Shown one piece after another: positions 28,743-42,660 of a stretch of 64,000 bases of DNA (position 1 is the stretch's first letter; every line of letters begins with the position of its first letter). Position numbers and translations under genes: made by a program. Below the pieces are notes generated by a model. The model was not told where the DNA came from, searched no databases, and saw only the letters and a list, made by a program, of their open reading frames with translations. Origin of the DNA: Eledone cirrhosa (lineage: Eukaryota); assembly GCA_964016885.1 (NCBI GenBank), contig OZ024743.1, positions 265,794,001-265,858,000 of the forward strand. Direction: 5' to 3'.

Positions 28743-30255
28743 ATATGTGCGTATTAGTGTGTGTTTTAGTGCGCGATAGCGTGCGTTTATCTAAGAGAAG
28801 GATTCTAAATATAGATGATTAATGATAACGCATTTCTCTTTTGACGCAGCGGCAGTTGACTATATGTTTCTGTTTAAAATGGCTAACTAAGATTAAGTAC
28901 ACGTTGGCTTGATCAAGATATTGCACTCCTTTCTTCAAAGGTGTGTTTCAAACACCTGATAAAATATAACAATACGTTTTCGGTGTGTTTTGATCAGAAT
29001 ATTTACTAAAATAGTAAACAGTATAAATTACAAGATGGCTTGAAGTCTATTGTGTTTTGCTTTCTAGGATCAAATTTCAAAATGCTATTGAAGTTGACGT
29101 TTTTCATTTCACTTATTAGTGACTGGTAGGATTATTACCGGTACTAATATTTTCTTAGAACATCGTTTCCAAAATAATGTTTTGCGTGTACAAAACTGTC
29201 ACAATATAATTTTGAACGTGCTGCAAAACAATGTTTGTGGTTTGAAATGTTTGCTAAAATATCAAATATTCATGAATATGTTATACAATACGCCACATGG
29301 GTCACAGCACTATAAATTATGGAAAGAAAATTTGAGGAATTTCTCCAAAAGACATTTATCATATGTCACTTTTAATACAGGGTTGTTAACTTATCTACAA
29401 CGATCTTGACCTTGGTCGTATTTGAAATTCATTGCATAGAGAAACAAACCAAATAGTGCCAATTTGGCACCCTGAAAATGAGATGTGTATATAAATTATC
29501 TGTAACATATTTGTAGCAATTCAATTAACCTTTCCCACAATTCACTGGGGAAATTATGTTAGTCATGTAATCAGTAGAATGTATTAAATAAGATGATTAG
29601 GGGTAAGTAGTGGTATATACATTTGGAAGAGGAATTTGGTAAGTGGAAACTGTGAAAAGTAGACATATGTACTTACATGCATGTGTTTCTGTGTACGTAC
29701 TTGTAACAGCACTACATTCATACAGTAGATTGGTGGTTTACTGAGCAAGGCACCGATAGTAGCATCCTATATCACAACAGAGTGTATACACTGAGAAGAA
29801 CAGAATAAAGATCTCAATATGAAAACTCGTTTTGGTCTTAATATATCTATATCCTTACAAAAAGAAGTTGACCGCTAATAAAATTGATAATAATTAAGGT
29901 TTTGCGTTGGTTTTCAACTAATCTAACATCCATCAAGCTCGTTTTGAGTTATTTTACAAACATGGCATGAATGGGGAGTGTTGGGGAAATATTTACTGTT
30001 ATTTCTAGCACCGAGGTACTGTCCTTCGACGTCATGCTATCTATATATAGAGAGGGAAACACTACAGCTCTCACTCAATCCACCCCACTCTCTCTAACTA
30101 ATTAAAACTTTTCGACAGTTTTCATTCTCATTTGCTGTGGTCGTTCTGGCATCTGACTTACTTCTTTCCCTCTCACTCTCACTACCTATTTTTCTCTGTA
30201 TCTGCCTCTCTCTGTGTCTCTTTCTCTCACTTCTCTTTATCTATCTATCTATCTG

Positions 30256-30286
<31 letters not shown>

Positions 30287-30589
30287 TTCGTTTAAATCTG
30301 CGGTAGCTAATGGTCAACTTACCCCTGGACCTGCGCCTGCGCAGACCAGTGGGGGTGAATTGATACTCACAGGGGAACGGATGAAGAACCCAAAAGCACA
30401 TATTTCGTCCGTTCCCATGTCGATTCAATTTGGATTGCTTCGGAAACATAACCTTATTATGTAACAAGTTGTCTGACGATGTCGCGAGACTGTCACACAG
30501 AACAGTGCGGCCACTTTCGCCAATGAAATATATATCACAGCATTATTATTAAAGGACTTGAACAACTGAAACTACTTCGCTTTTCCTTA

Positions 30590-30691
<102 letters not shown>

Positions 30692-30771
30692 ATCGTTAAG
30701 AAATCATTTTACCTAGATGTTTTCGTGTGTTTTCAGCCGTTTAAATTTATAGAAATGATTGTGAAGAATGT

Positions 30772-31458
30772 TTTGATCCTTCATCATTTGGTATTGTTGT
30801 GGAAAGCGTTGTAAGCTTCATTAATTAAGTGTTCCCCGACTTTTAAATCCAACATTCCAATGAGAAGTGGCTTTGTGAAAGCGCAATCCTTGACCCAAAG
30901 AATATCACAGAGAGTGTCATTAATAAAATCTTTCCCAAATGTTCCCTGGAGGTAGCCATACCAATAAATCTATCGAGAAAGTTGTCGACAAAAACGATGC
31001 TCTTCATCATCCCGTTGCATTTCTCAACCAGCTGGAACTGTCGAGTATGTTGCCACCCAACCTTTAATAGAAGAAGGGCACAGGCACCATGTTTCTCAGA
31101 AACCTGGATCAGCCAAGGTTGTACAATGGGTTGCGTATGTATGTGACTGAACTACAGCCTCACATTTTTTAAGCTAAAATCCTCACTGGATTTAGTAATG
31201 GGACACATCACATTTATACAAAGAATGTCGCTAATACCAACAGATGTCCCCTTTCGTTTCAAATGATTGCAATTCCCAGTGAGAGTTAGTTACAAAATAA
31301 TCATTAACAATTTCCAAAATCAAACCCTGCAGGTTGTCGCTCTCCATCTAGAAGAAAGCTGTTTCTCATATGATCAGTTGTATGTAGGTTATTCCAGACT
31401 TTTCATATAAGCTCCAAAGAAATAAGTTAAAGACAAGGTATATACCGAAGTTCTGTAA
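30772..31458 (+). pseudogene. Helitron RepHel PIF1-family helicase C-terminus, decayed
   Basis: Manual translation gives WLCESAILDPKN, HPVAFLNQLE, MFLRNLDQPRLYNG, LIPTDVPFRFK*LQFPVRVS..IINNFQNQTL, CFSYDQLYVGYSR and VYTEVL*. These match Helitron motifs WLxERAILAPKN, RxQFPVRLAFAMTINKSQGQ and SHGQLYVAxSR. Confidence 0.85.
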
Positions 31459-31816
31459 ATGTTTTATAATTTTCGTATAATGCATTTTTCTAATATTTTT
31501 TTTATTTCTTTCTGTATTGTAAATAACATTCTAAAATTATGTTATGCAATATCTAAATACCTTTATTTCTAAGAAAAATGGACATTACGAAGATGACAAT
31601 AGATGCCTTATAAATAGATGTGAGCTTAGTAAAGACCGGAAGACGACGACGGAGATGATGGTGTTGTTGCTGATGATGATGGTGATAATCATGATGATGA
31701 TAATAATAGAAAATACAACATGATGATAGATAAATAAAATTAAAACCTTTGACTGATGTCAATTAGTAGAAGAATGGTAAAGAAACGTCTGGTGAAATAA
31801 TATTTTTATAATAATG

Positions 31817-32005
31817 ATTGTTTCTACGTTAGGCACAAGGCCAGCAAATTCCCCAGTGCATTACTGGTACTTTATTTTATCGACCCCGTAAGGATGAAAG
31901 GCAAAGTCAACCTCGGCGGGATTTGAACTCAGATCGTAAAGGGACGTAACTATGCTGGAAAGCATGGCGTCCGACCCTCTACCGATACAGCCAATCCACC
32001 GTCTT
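31817..32005 (-). mobile_element. SINE family A, full length
   Basis: Reverse complement of 8836-9025, flanked by the direct repeat tttttataataatgat. Confidence 0.9.
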
Positions 32006-32660
32006 TTTTTATAATAATGATGATGATAGGAAACAGTAGATTTGATGGTTTTAAGATGACACTGATTACAAATTTGACAGTTAGGATTTGAGTGGAAGTC
32101 CGTGTTAGTTACATATCCTAATTATGGCTGTGTTGGGAAGATATAATCCGGCGCTGGTTTCATTATTGCAATCTGGGCATTTAGTGTATTAAGCAGAGTT
32201 TGGATATTTTATAAACATTTGCTCCATGTCTCTGGTGTCTTGACAGCTAACTCATTTCCTTCCACATTTCTCTGAGGCTCTATTAACAGCCATTGCTATG
32301 GTATGATAAATAATATATTAATGTATAATGTCAAGTTATTAGCAAAGAAGTATATAAGTATTGCGGTATAGTAATAGTCAAATAGTAAAAGAATAATTAA
32401 ACTCTGAAACTATGTTCCATAAGTCAAACCATTCAGTAGCGTACATATTTTATGATTTTATGTGACATAAATACATTTTTTCATGAATATCATTTCGCAA
32501 TCTGTATTGGAGATATTTCTAGCTTTAAGTTACCATTTCATACAAATTTTAATGGTAAAAAAAAATAAATTCTTGATGTCAGATGCATCGATTCTAATTG
32601 ATATGGTATCAAAATTCATACGCACACAAATATATCCAAGCATACACAGATGCATAAATA

Positions 32661-32752
<92 letters not shown>

Positions 32753-32848
32753 TATTAATTTGTTAAAAATATTCGACGATTATGGCAAAGAATGAGATTT
32801 ACAGTAGATTGGAAGCACTCAACGAGCAATAATTTTCAGGAGTTGTTA

Positions 32849-33190
<342 letters not shown>

Positions 33191-34210
33191 TATAAGTATT
33201 AATAATATATATAGGTTGTCTCAGAAAAAAAAAAAAGTGAAAAGATATAATGAAAGAAAGAAATCACGGTAAAGCATGATACGTTATATAACACATGTGC
33301 TCTTGTGTTAGCGTATCATTCTTCCATTTGTTATGTTTTATATATTTCTTTCATATGTATTTCGATAAGTTAGTTCCATCATTTTTCTAATTTTAATTTA
33401 AAGAATATTAATTTCAAATTTTTGAGATTTCCTAACATGATACTTAAAAAGACGGGAAAAAAGTCTACATTTTTAGATGTAAACACGGAAGCATTTACAA
33501 TTTTATTCTGTTTTATGTTCAATGATTTTAACCCACTTATTTGTGATAGTTTGACACGTCTCTGACGTTCTTTCCTCTCCCTCAAGAATATGATGTCTTT
33601 GAGATAATTAACTATGCATCAGACTATGTTTACAAAATAGATTATAACAATCGGCAATATCTAAATGATTTGTTAATGCTGATGATGATTTTCATTCAAC
33701 AATCTTTCTTTTACTTTTTGGAGATATATATGTTCCCTAGTGTGTTAATTTCAATTAGTGTGGTGGTACTATTATCGCCCAAAGACGTGTAGTGAAGATT
33801 ATTAAACACTTCTTGTAAAAGGCTACCTAAACGTAACTAAAATTTGTTTTATTATTGCTTTTGTTCTTCAGCATTTCTCTCTTTGCCTTCTGGCAGAACT
33901 TTATTGAAACTAACAATATGCTAGTGAACAAAGTTATTCTAAGGCAACTTACGTTACGCGAATATCAATAAACAGTTACATTTCCCGAAATAATTGCTCA
34001 GTTTCTCGACGTATTTTTTTATACTCTCTAATTTATTTTATAACGATGAAACGAATTTATTGATCCGTGCTCTGTAGGCGTTTGTGCTCTTAGAATAATA
34101 CATACACCCCAGCATACACACGCACATACCCCCCCCACCCACACACACACACCCACGCACACACACACGCACGCACACACACACACATATATATAAATAT
34201 ATATATATAT

Positions 34211-34499
34211 ATTGTTATACTTGTGGAGGGTCATATTTGTGTAATATTGCCAGAATTAATAACAGAGCACACTCACTGTTTGGTTGGTTTCGCTTTTCGC
34301 TTCTGTGTCTTTTATATCGGTAATCAAATTTATTCGGTCCTCAATGTTGCCATTGACTGACCAACGGTCAAAAATAATACAGATACAATATAGACACAAA
34401 CACATATATATAGTTTATCAAAGTTCTTTCGTTGCACATCTGCAACATCGTCAGTGGTGCTATAGATTCCTCCCGTTGCATTGTATTTCTACGCCATCT

Positions 34500-34500
<1 letters not shown>
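34211..34500 (-). mobile_element. ~290-bp solo pLTR-like repeat carrying a hammerhead motif (family C)
   Basis: Copies at 51482-51770, 55400-55669, 51295-51450 and partially 9255-9375. Motif CTGACGA-t-gttgca/tgcaac-GAAA. The sense strand ends aagtataacaa(TA)n. Confidence 0.8.
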
Positions 34501-34543
<43 letters not shown>

Positions 34544-37500
34544 ACATATATTAATATTTATAGAAAAAGGAGATAATTTATCAGAGACCGGTGGCCGCTG
34601 GTCTCTGGCCTGAGACAGTTTTCCGCATCACTGTCTTTGAAAGCATTTGGCAGTTGTAATAGCTGTTCGAGCGTTGACTTTTCTTAATTTCCTATGAATT
34701 TTAATACACTCTCCCCTCGTCGCCACAAGAGACGTTACTGCTTTTTTTATGATTTTCTGGACAGGCATTCTAAGCTAAAGGGTAACATGACTTTGGCTTG
34801 GCTTCAATGAAAAAAAAGTATGATTATTTCTACCATGGCATTGGGTACCTTTTCACAGGTCCGTCAATTCCATATTTACATATTTAGATGTGTCTCTGTG
34901 CAAGTGCGTTACTATACATATTGACAACATCCCAATTTAATAGTGTGATACTGATAACAGCAATAATTTAAACGTCAAAGACATGTCTGATATAGGGTCA
35001 AAGAAAGATATAGGCACTGAAAACTTTTACAATACTTGACTAGTACATTATTAAACCCGCATACAAATATACCTGAGAAAAAAGAAGAGGTAATCTCCTT
35101 CATATCATATCCTTTAATAAAAATAATACTTGATAATGTAACTATCCGTGCATTAACAACAGGCAAAATAAACATAAAAACGGTTTAATCATAGCTAGAA
35201 TGTTTTTGATCATAGAGTTTCTCAAGCAGAGCCGATTTGTTGCTATAAACGAAACGCCAAAATAACAAGGGTTACTTATTCTATTGTACTTCTCCAAAAC
35301 AAGTGTTTTGTGAAATGTTAATGTGGAAATTCCACAGGTTGTATTTTGTATCTGTAGAGGGACGTTAGTGTATTTTAATAATCCAGATTGCAGGTGTCTA
35401 GACATTCTTTTCACTCTACTTAGAAGTGCCACACCACCAAAGAGAAACGTACTTCAAAATATGTTTGAGCAGCACCAGCCGTATATTTGTGAGTCGTTAC
35501 CATAGATGGTGTTGGTAGCAAATCAATTACCTAGTCAATGGAACGCATTCATTCCACAAAAAATGAACGTGCATAAGCTTCAAGTTGGACAGACGATAAC
35601 TAGGTAAGGTTCGTTGGTCAAGAGATAGATATATGATTGAAACCGATGCATTCGTTTGTCACTTCATTTTGACCTTTCAGGAATGACTTGATTTCAGTCC
35701 CTGATTTCATCTCAGTCTTCTGGAGGAGACTTGCTAATCTGCTCGTAATCACTCCATCTGTTTATCCCTCTAGGGTCGCTCACCGAATCAGACACCAAGA
35801 AATATAAACTTCCCATCTGCACAATACTCTACGAAGCTGTCCTCATTAATCTTTGCTCCAGTCATCACCGCGTATTACTGTAGAAGCGTGTCGACCATAT
35901 CGACTCTCCTGGTATCCGATACAAGTTCAATGACGTCATCCATATTGTACCGATATGGCTCACCCTCATCATAACCAAATTAGAAGCCTCTCGGATCCTC
36001 TAATTTGAACAAGCGTAGCTCAATCATCAGTAAATAAGGAAGAGCTGACTGAGAACCCTAAAATAGACTGATAGACCCCAAAATAGAATGATTCAAAATG
36101 TTTCTGATGATAATAATAATAATTATATTAATAATAATGATAATAATAATGTAAATTGTTTGTAACGAAAGTATTTTCATTTCGTCCATTTTATATTACT
36201 TTTATCATATTTTTCACTTTTTAATTCCCTGACGTCTGCAAATCTGTTCTCTATCTGTTTCTATTTACTGTGGTGCCAACGGTGATATTGACTAACATAT
36301 CTTATTACGTTTATCAATATATTAACCATTTCTTTTTTTTTCTTCTTCGTAATTATGAACAAATATTGGTAAACTGAAAAATGAAAGCTTGTACTTGTAG
36401 CTATTTGCTAATTAAACAAGGAATCGACTGTTTCTTAGTTCCGACTGTCTTGTGTTATTATATTTCTATTAGAAATAATGAAATATTCAGTTAATATTTG
36501 CTTCATTTCCTTATTTCTATTTCAATATTTTCTGTTTCTAAATTGGATGTTATATTTATTCGCTATTTAAACCGCATTATTATATAATTTAGAGAAGTTG
36601 CACTTTGACAAATAACTTATTTATTGTTCGATTTCTTTGCAGCATATATGTATTGTTTTCATTGTTAAAGGATGCATATTAACAGCAATCAGTAAAGAGA
36701 CAGACACTAGGTTTTCTGGTATTTCTTGACATCACTTTAATTTCTCAGGTCAACAATTTCCGACCTTGTCTTTCCTATTCATCATTCCGAGGGTTATTAT
36801 TGAACCCGGGTTAGATATAATCGAGCAGCCCTATTTATAAAGAAATGCATTTCAAGCGACACACTCTAGACGTTTCCATAATGTCAGGGAACCATTGCGC
36901 AACTTTTATTTTTGGAAATTTTAAATTATGACTTTATTTCTATAAGTTAAACCAATCACGTAGAAGAAACCAGGTACTACGGTCCAGTTATTACTGTTCC
37001 CCCAACCTCAAATATGTGATCGTGTGTCTATGTTACAATTTTCTATTATTTAAATGATTAAAGAGTTGGTTGAACATAAAGCACTGTCCGAGTAGTGAAA
37101 GAGCAGCCTTGCGGTATTATGATCCGGGTATTTGTATTCGGAGTTCTTGATGGGGAACTATACGATCGCACAGTTTAACCCGTTTATCTGGGCCGTGGTT
37201 GCATTTTTCGATTTTCAACATATTGCAAGTATTCAGGCAATGTTGCCGGTTTAAGGATAGCATGTCTCTCTAGGTTAGTTTTGATGGAGAAGAACTATGA
37301 CAAAAAATATTTATATTCTTGTTCATCCCATATTTCTTTCAGATAATATAAACAAGTTTACATTGGGGAATGCCTTTCATGGAAATAGAGAGAAAGAGAC
37401 TCTTCGCGTAGCTTATTTCAAATATAGTGAGAATGAGGGAGTGAAAGAGAGAGGACGAAATAGTGAGTTAGAGAGAGAAAGAGAGATAGGAAGAGAGAGA

Positions 37501-38049
37501 GAGAGAAAAAGAATAGATAGAGAGAGAGCGAGTGAGAGGAAGAAAGAGGGAGTGAGAGGGAGAAATAAAAGAGAGAGAGGGAGACAGAGAAGAGAGAGAG
37601 AGAGAGAGAGGGAGAGAACCTGACAGGCACTCACAACAAATTAACCAAAGTACATCAGTGATATCAAATTTATGGACAGTAAATGATGAACTGTAAAGTT
37701 GAGTATAGAGCGGAGAGAGCTGGTACAAATTCCAAAGTGCATTCTACACGGCACACGAAATTCATTCCAAATCACCGGACTTTTAGGTCTGATTAAGAGA
37801 TTGGATTTCCTTATATTGCATGACTAATGATATTTTTAGAATTACCTGTTGTCCAGCGTTAGTAATTAAATGAGATTCTATTAGGTAGTGAAGTTATTTT
37901 CCAATATGTGACTAACAATAACACACAAGCATCCACTGCTTATACAATATGCACACAAACACACACACACGAACCTGTTATTTTTATCTAAATATATTTT
38001 TTACAATTCCACCCCACCCGTCCCTTCAATCTATCTTATTTCTCATTAT

Positions 38050-38090
38050 TTTTTCTGATGACGGAATAGCGTCCGAAACGTTAAGACATT
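38050..38090 (+). ncRNA. Degenerate hammerhead motif in a probable pLTR remnant
   Basis: CTGATGA-c-gga/tcc-GAAA-CGTTA with palindromic AACGTT stem III. Stem I is poor. Confidence 0.5.
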
Positions 38091-38541
38091 CTTTCTACTA
38101 TTTCAAGCGTTAACCTAATACATTCTTCCCATATACTGTACCGATTGTGTTGTTATTTTCCTTTACCTTTTACATGGTGGCTGCCAACTCTTTTTCGAGT
38201 ACGGCCACTACTTTATATTCATGTAGGAGACCCCATACCGATGTGCTGAACGAGTGTGATTTTTAGTTCAGCCATCGACTTAAAAACTCTGGTACAAATA
38301 CTACACTTGTGACAATTATTGACACATAGTGCTGGGCCCATGGTACCATATGACGACAAGTGCAGAGAGATCTCCAGATATAAAGCAATGCCTGTGCCGT
38401 GAAGCTTTTATAGTGAGCAAAAACACTGCACAAAGCCAGTCCCACTGTCTTAACCAAGATGATATTTACCAAAAAGAAGAACAAGTCAACATCATTGGAT
38501 ACCATCAGAATACCTTTTTCATACATACATACATATATATT

Positions 38542-38626
<85 letters not shown>

Positions 38627-38772
38627 TAATAATAATAATAGTAATAATAATAAATTTGAAGGCAAAAATCCAAAGAGAACTCGATAAGGATAAATATATA
38701 TCAAATATATAAGAACCTTAGGGCAAATATTTATTAAAATAACAGATTAATCTTTAATCTGTTATTTTAATA

Positions 38773-38847
<75 letters not shown>

Positions 38848-38848
38848 T

Positions 38849-38901
<53 letters not shown>

Positions 38902-39287
38902 GTGTGTGATTACGTGTGTATATATTGCCATCTGAATATGTCATCACAAATAACATATATTGCTTCCAATTTTCTGACTTCATTTTACATAACGTTGTGC
39001 AATAGTAAACCAAAGACGAGCTCCATTACTCCTTTTATGTATCTGATATAAATTAGCTCCAAACTACCATATCACAAAGACAATTCTCTACATTAATCTT
39101 GTCATTATTTCATTCTCTCCTAATAGCATGGTACTATTTAAACGCAACACCAAAAACATTCGTTTCATTTCGACACACACACACACACAGACACACGCCA
39201 ATAGATACGATTCGCACACACAAACATAATAATAGATATATATGTACAGTATACATTTATGTACTGATAGATATATATCCTTAACAT

Positions 39288-39480
39288 AATTGTTTCTACC
39301 TTTCGCACAAGGCCAGCAATTATCCCAGGGCATTACTGGTACTTTATTTTATCGACCCCGTAAGGATGAAAGGCAAAGTAAACCTCGGCGAGATTTGAAC
39401 TCAGACCATAAAGGGCCGTAACTCTTTGCTGCAAAGCATGGCGTCCGACCCTCTACCGATACTGCCAATCCACCGCCCTT
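39288..39480 (-). mobile_element. SINE family A, full length
   Basis: Reverse complement of 8836-9025, flanked by the direct repeat cttaacataat. Confidence 0.9.
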
Positions 39481-39496
39481 AACATAATATTATAAT

Positions 39497-39849
<353 letters not shown>

Positions 39850-39925
39850 CGAAGGAAATGTGGTAAGGAACCAGGTGGACCATAACGCACCAAAGTACTC
39901 AATACTTGAGGTAGTAGAGTGGGTA

Positions 39926-40037
39926 ATAGGAACCAGTAAGACCCCGACAGCTGAGCTCAAGCCGTTTCGACGGCTAATTCTGGACCAGAATTAGCCGTCG
40001 AAACGGCTTGAGCTCAGGTGTCGGGGTCTTACTGGTT

Positions 40038-40042
<5 letters not shown>
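39926..40042. repeat. Near-perfect palindrome (58-bp arms, 1-nt loop) abutting (TA)n
   Basis: ataggaaccagtaagacccc...ctaattctgg-a-ccagaattag...ggggtcttactggttcctat, with one mismatch. Confidence 0.95.
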
Positions 40043-40091
<49 letters not shown>

Positions 40092-40551
40092 AAATATATG
40101 TATACACGCAATAATATATATTTGTATCAATATTTGTATCAATATACTGGATTTACGTGCATATCTATACAGGCGTATATACATGCATACACAAGCTCCG
40201 AAATATTTATACGTAATAAAAGTCCTCGTTTCTTTCGTATGTTTAAATAACACCCGAGTGTATACTTGAAGAATATGAGACGCGATTATTGTTTCCAAAC
40301 AGTACCATTACGCTTAGGACCAAAGACCGGATATTAAGCAAATACACTTCATGACAACTGAGTTGCTTTTAATAACTATTTTTATCATTTGGGAACTATA
40401 AAATATTTGGTAGAGAGGTTTAATTATGGCCATGAAATTCCTATTATTGCATATTGCTTACTAGATCGCCATCGCTCTTTTATTCTTGTTTGACGAACGA
40501 ACACGGATGTGTGCGGGTGTGTTTATATATATATATATACATACATACATA

Positions 40552-40639
<88 letters not shown>

Positions 40640-40854
40640 TCTACATATATATATATACATATATATATATGGATACATACATATATACATATATATATAT
40701 ATGTATATATGCAAAAAGTAAAAGGAAATAACAATGCAAGCGATACAATATACTGAAGGGATATATAGTAATTCAACATTTGATACAGAGAAAAGCAAAT
40801 GAGTGAGTACGTTCTGTCTGCGTATATAAGTATATAAGTATGTTAGTGCGCTGA

Positions 40855-40906
<52 letters not shown>

Positions 40907-40919
40907 ATGATATGAATGA

Positions 40920-42660
40920 TATGAGTTCCATGAGGAGGTGTGTAGAGCTGTCAATACCACTCAAGCACACAACACCCTGCTTGTTTTGCACATCTGAGTT
41001 AGGAGGGCAGTGAGGATCCTTGCTGGTACTTCCATAACAACACCAACCGAAATGGAACACTACTGAGAGACACCCTGCTGGAGGCGAACTTGATAGCGAC
41101 CAACCTAATGTTTATGATGAATCCGGGGAAGATGTGGACCTACATCTCTGATATGCACCTGTCCAAGTCCCAGATTGATTTCGTTCTGTTAAGGAAAAAG
41201 TGGCGTAACAGTATTCTGAACACAGAACCATACAGCTATTTCAGTACACCGGGTAGTGACCACCGGCTTGTTATGAGAGAGGTCCACGTGAGCTTAAGAA
41301 AGAGCAAGGCTCGGCCACGGAGAGCAATCTATGACTGTGGAGCTTTCAAGGAAGATGATTAGCTACAGGAGAGATTCACAGTGGAAGTAAGGAACAGGTT
41401 CAGTGCTCTATGTGGAGAGACAGAGGAGATGAACTGAGGAGAGTGTGACGCGGAGGTACGGGCACTTCACCAATGCAGTGGCGGAAGAAAATGAAACCTT
41501 AGTGCCGAGGAAAAAGAACAAAAGGAAGCACGTCAGCTCTGCAATCCCAAAAGTGTCTGCAGCCAGAGAACACCTGAAAGCTGCCAAGGACCAATTCTAT
41601 GCTGATGCTACGGAGGAAAGGATGGAGACTGTGGAGGTGATGAGGGAAGAACTCTGTACCGCTTACACTGAGGCCAGAGAGGAGGTACTGATAGAGAAGA
41701 TCAGAAGTGTGGAGTGAGCTGTTGACAGATCTGGATGTAAGGAGAGCTGGATGATCATCAACGAGATCACAGGGAGGAAGAGGTGTTGGAATCAGATCCA
41801 GGGAACGGGGCCCGAGGATAGGAATAGGAAATGGCTAGACCATTTTAGGATCATACTAGGAGAGCCACCCTCCACAGTCCAGAGCACTGTGGAGATCAGG
41901 CGGCTGTTTGAAGAACTACATATTGCGACAGAGCCCTTCACCAGAGAGAAGCTTCAGAGAGCCAAGAATAGGGTCATGGAGAAGATGGAGCTGCATCAGA
42001 GGTGATGAAGAGGTGTGATTTTGATGATATCATCTTGGGGTTCTGTAACCAGGCACTGGAGAAAATGAGTTTCCCCGAATCAGTGGAGGATCAATTGTCC
42101 CAGTGCCAAAGAAGGGAGATCTCTTTAACACCAACAACTACAGGGGGGTCTCACTGACGTCACTTGTGACAAATACCCTCATTCGAACAGGATCCAGCCT
42201 GAGATGGAGAAGAAGCTCAGGGACAACCAGAACGGCTTCAGAGAGGGAAGATCAACCACCAGTCACTTCCTGGTGCTGAGGAGGATATTAGAGGGAGCTA
42301 GAGCAAAGTTCCTTCCTGCGGTCATGGTTTTCATTGACTTTAGGAAGGGCTTTGATTCTGTTGACCGTCACAGCCTTATGAATATCTTACAGGCTTATGG
42401 AATCCCCAAAAGGATAGTGGACCTGATATCACTGCTCACCACCAACACCAAACCCCAAGGCATTACAGCTGATGGGATGAAGGATTTCTTTGAGATACTG
42501 GCTGGAGTGCTCCAGGGAGATACATTTTTATCATCGTAGTGGAGATACCTTTTTATCATCGTAGTGGACTATTGTAAGCGCCTTGCACTGCAGAAATACC
42601 AGGACTCTGGCTTTACTGTGACACCGGCTCAGAGCAGGAGAGTTAAGGCGAAAAAGGTAT
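40920..42660 (+). pseudogene. RTE-clade-like LINE fragment (end of APE plus N-terminal half of RT)
   Basis: SQIDFVLLRKKWRNS, GSDHRLV, LRDNQNGFREGRST, FIDFRKGFDSVDR, GVLQGD. Stops before the xADD motif. The 5' boundary is approximate. Confidence 0.85.

Noticed and set aside
34975-35505. Overlapping short ORFs, possible decayed transposase or exon
   Set aside because: No motif I could identify.
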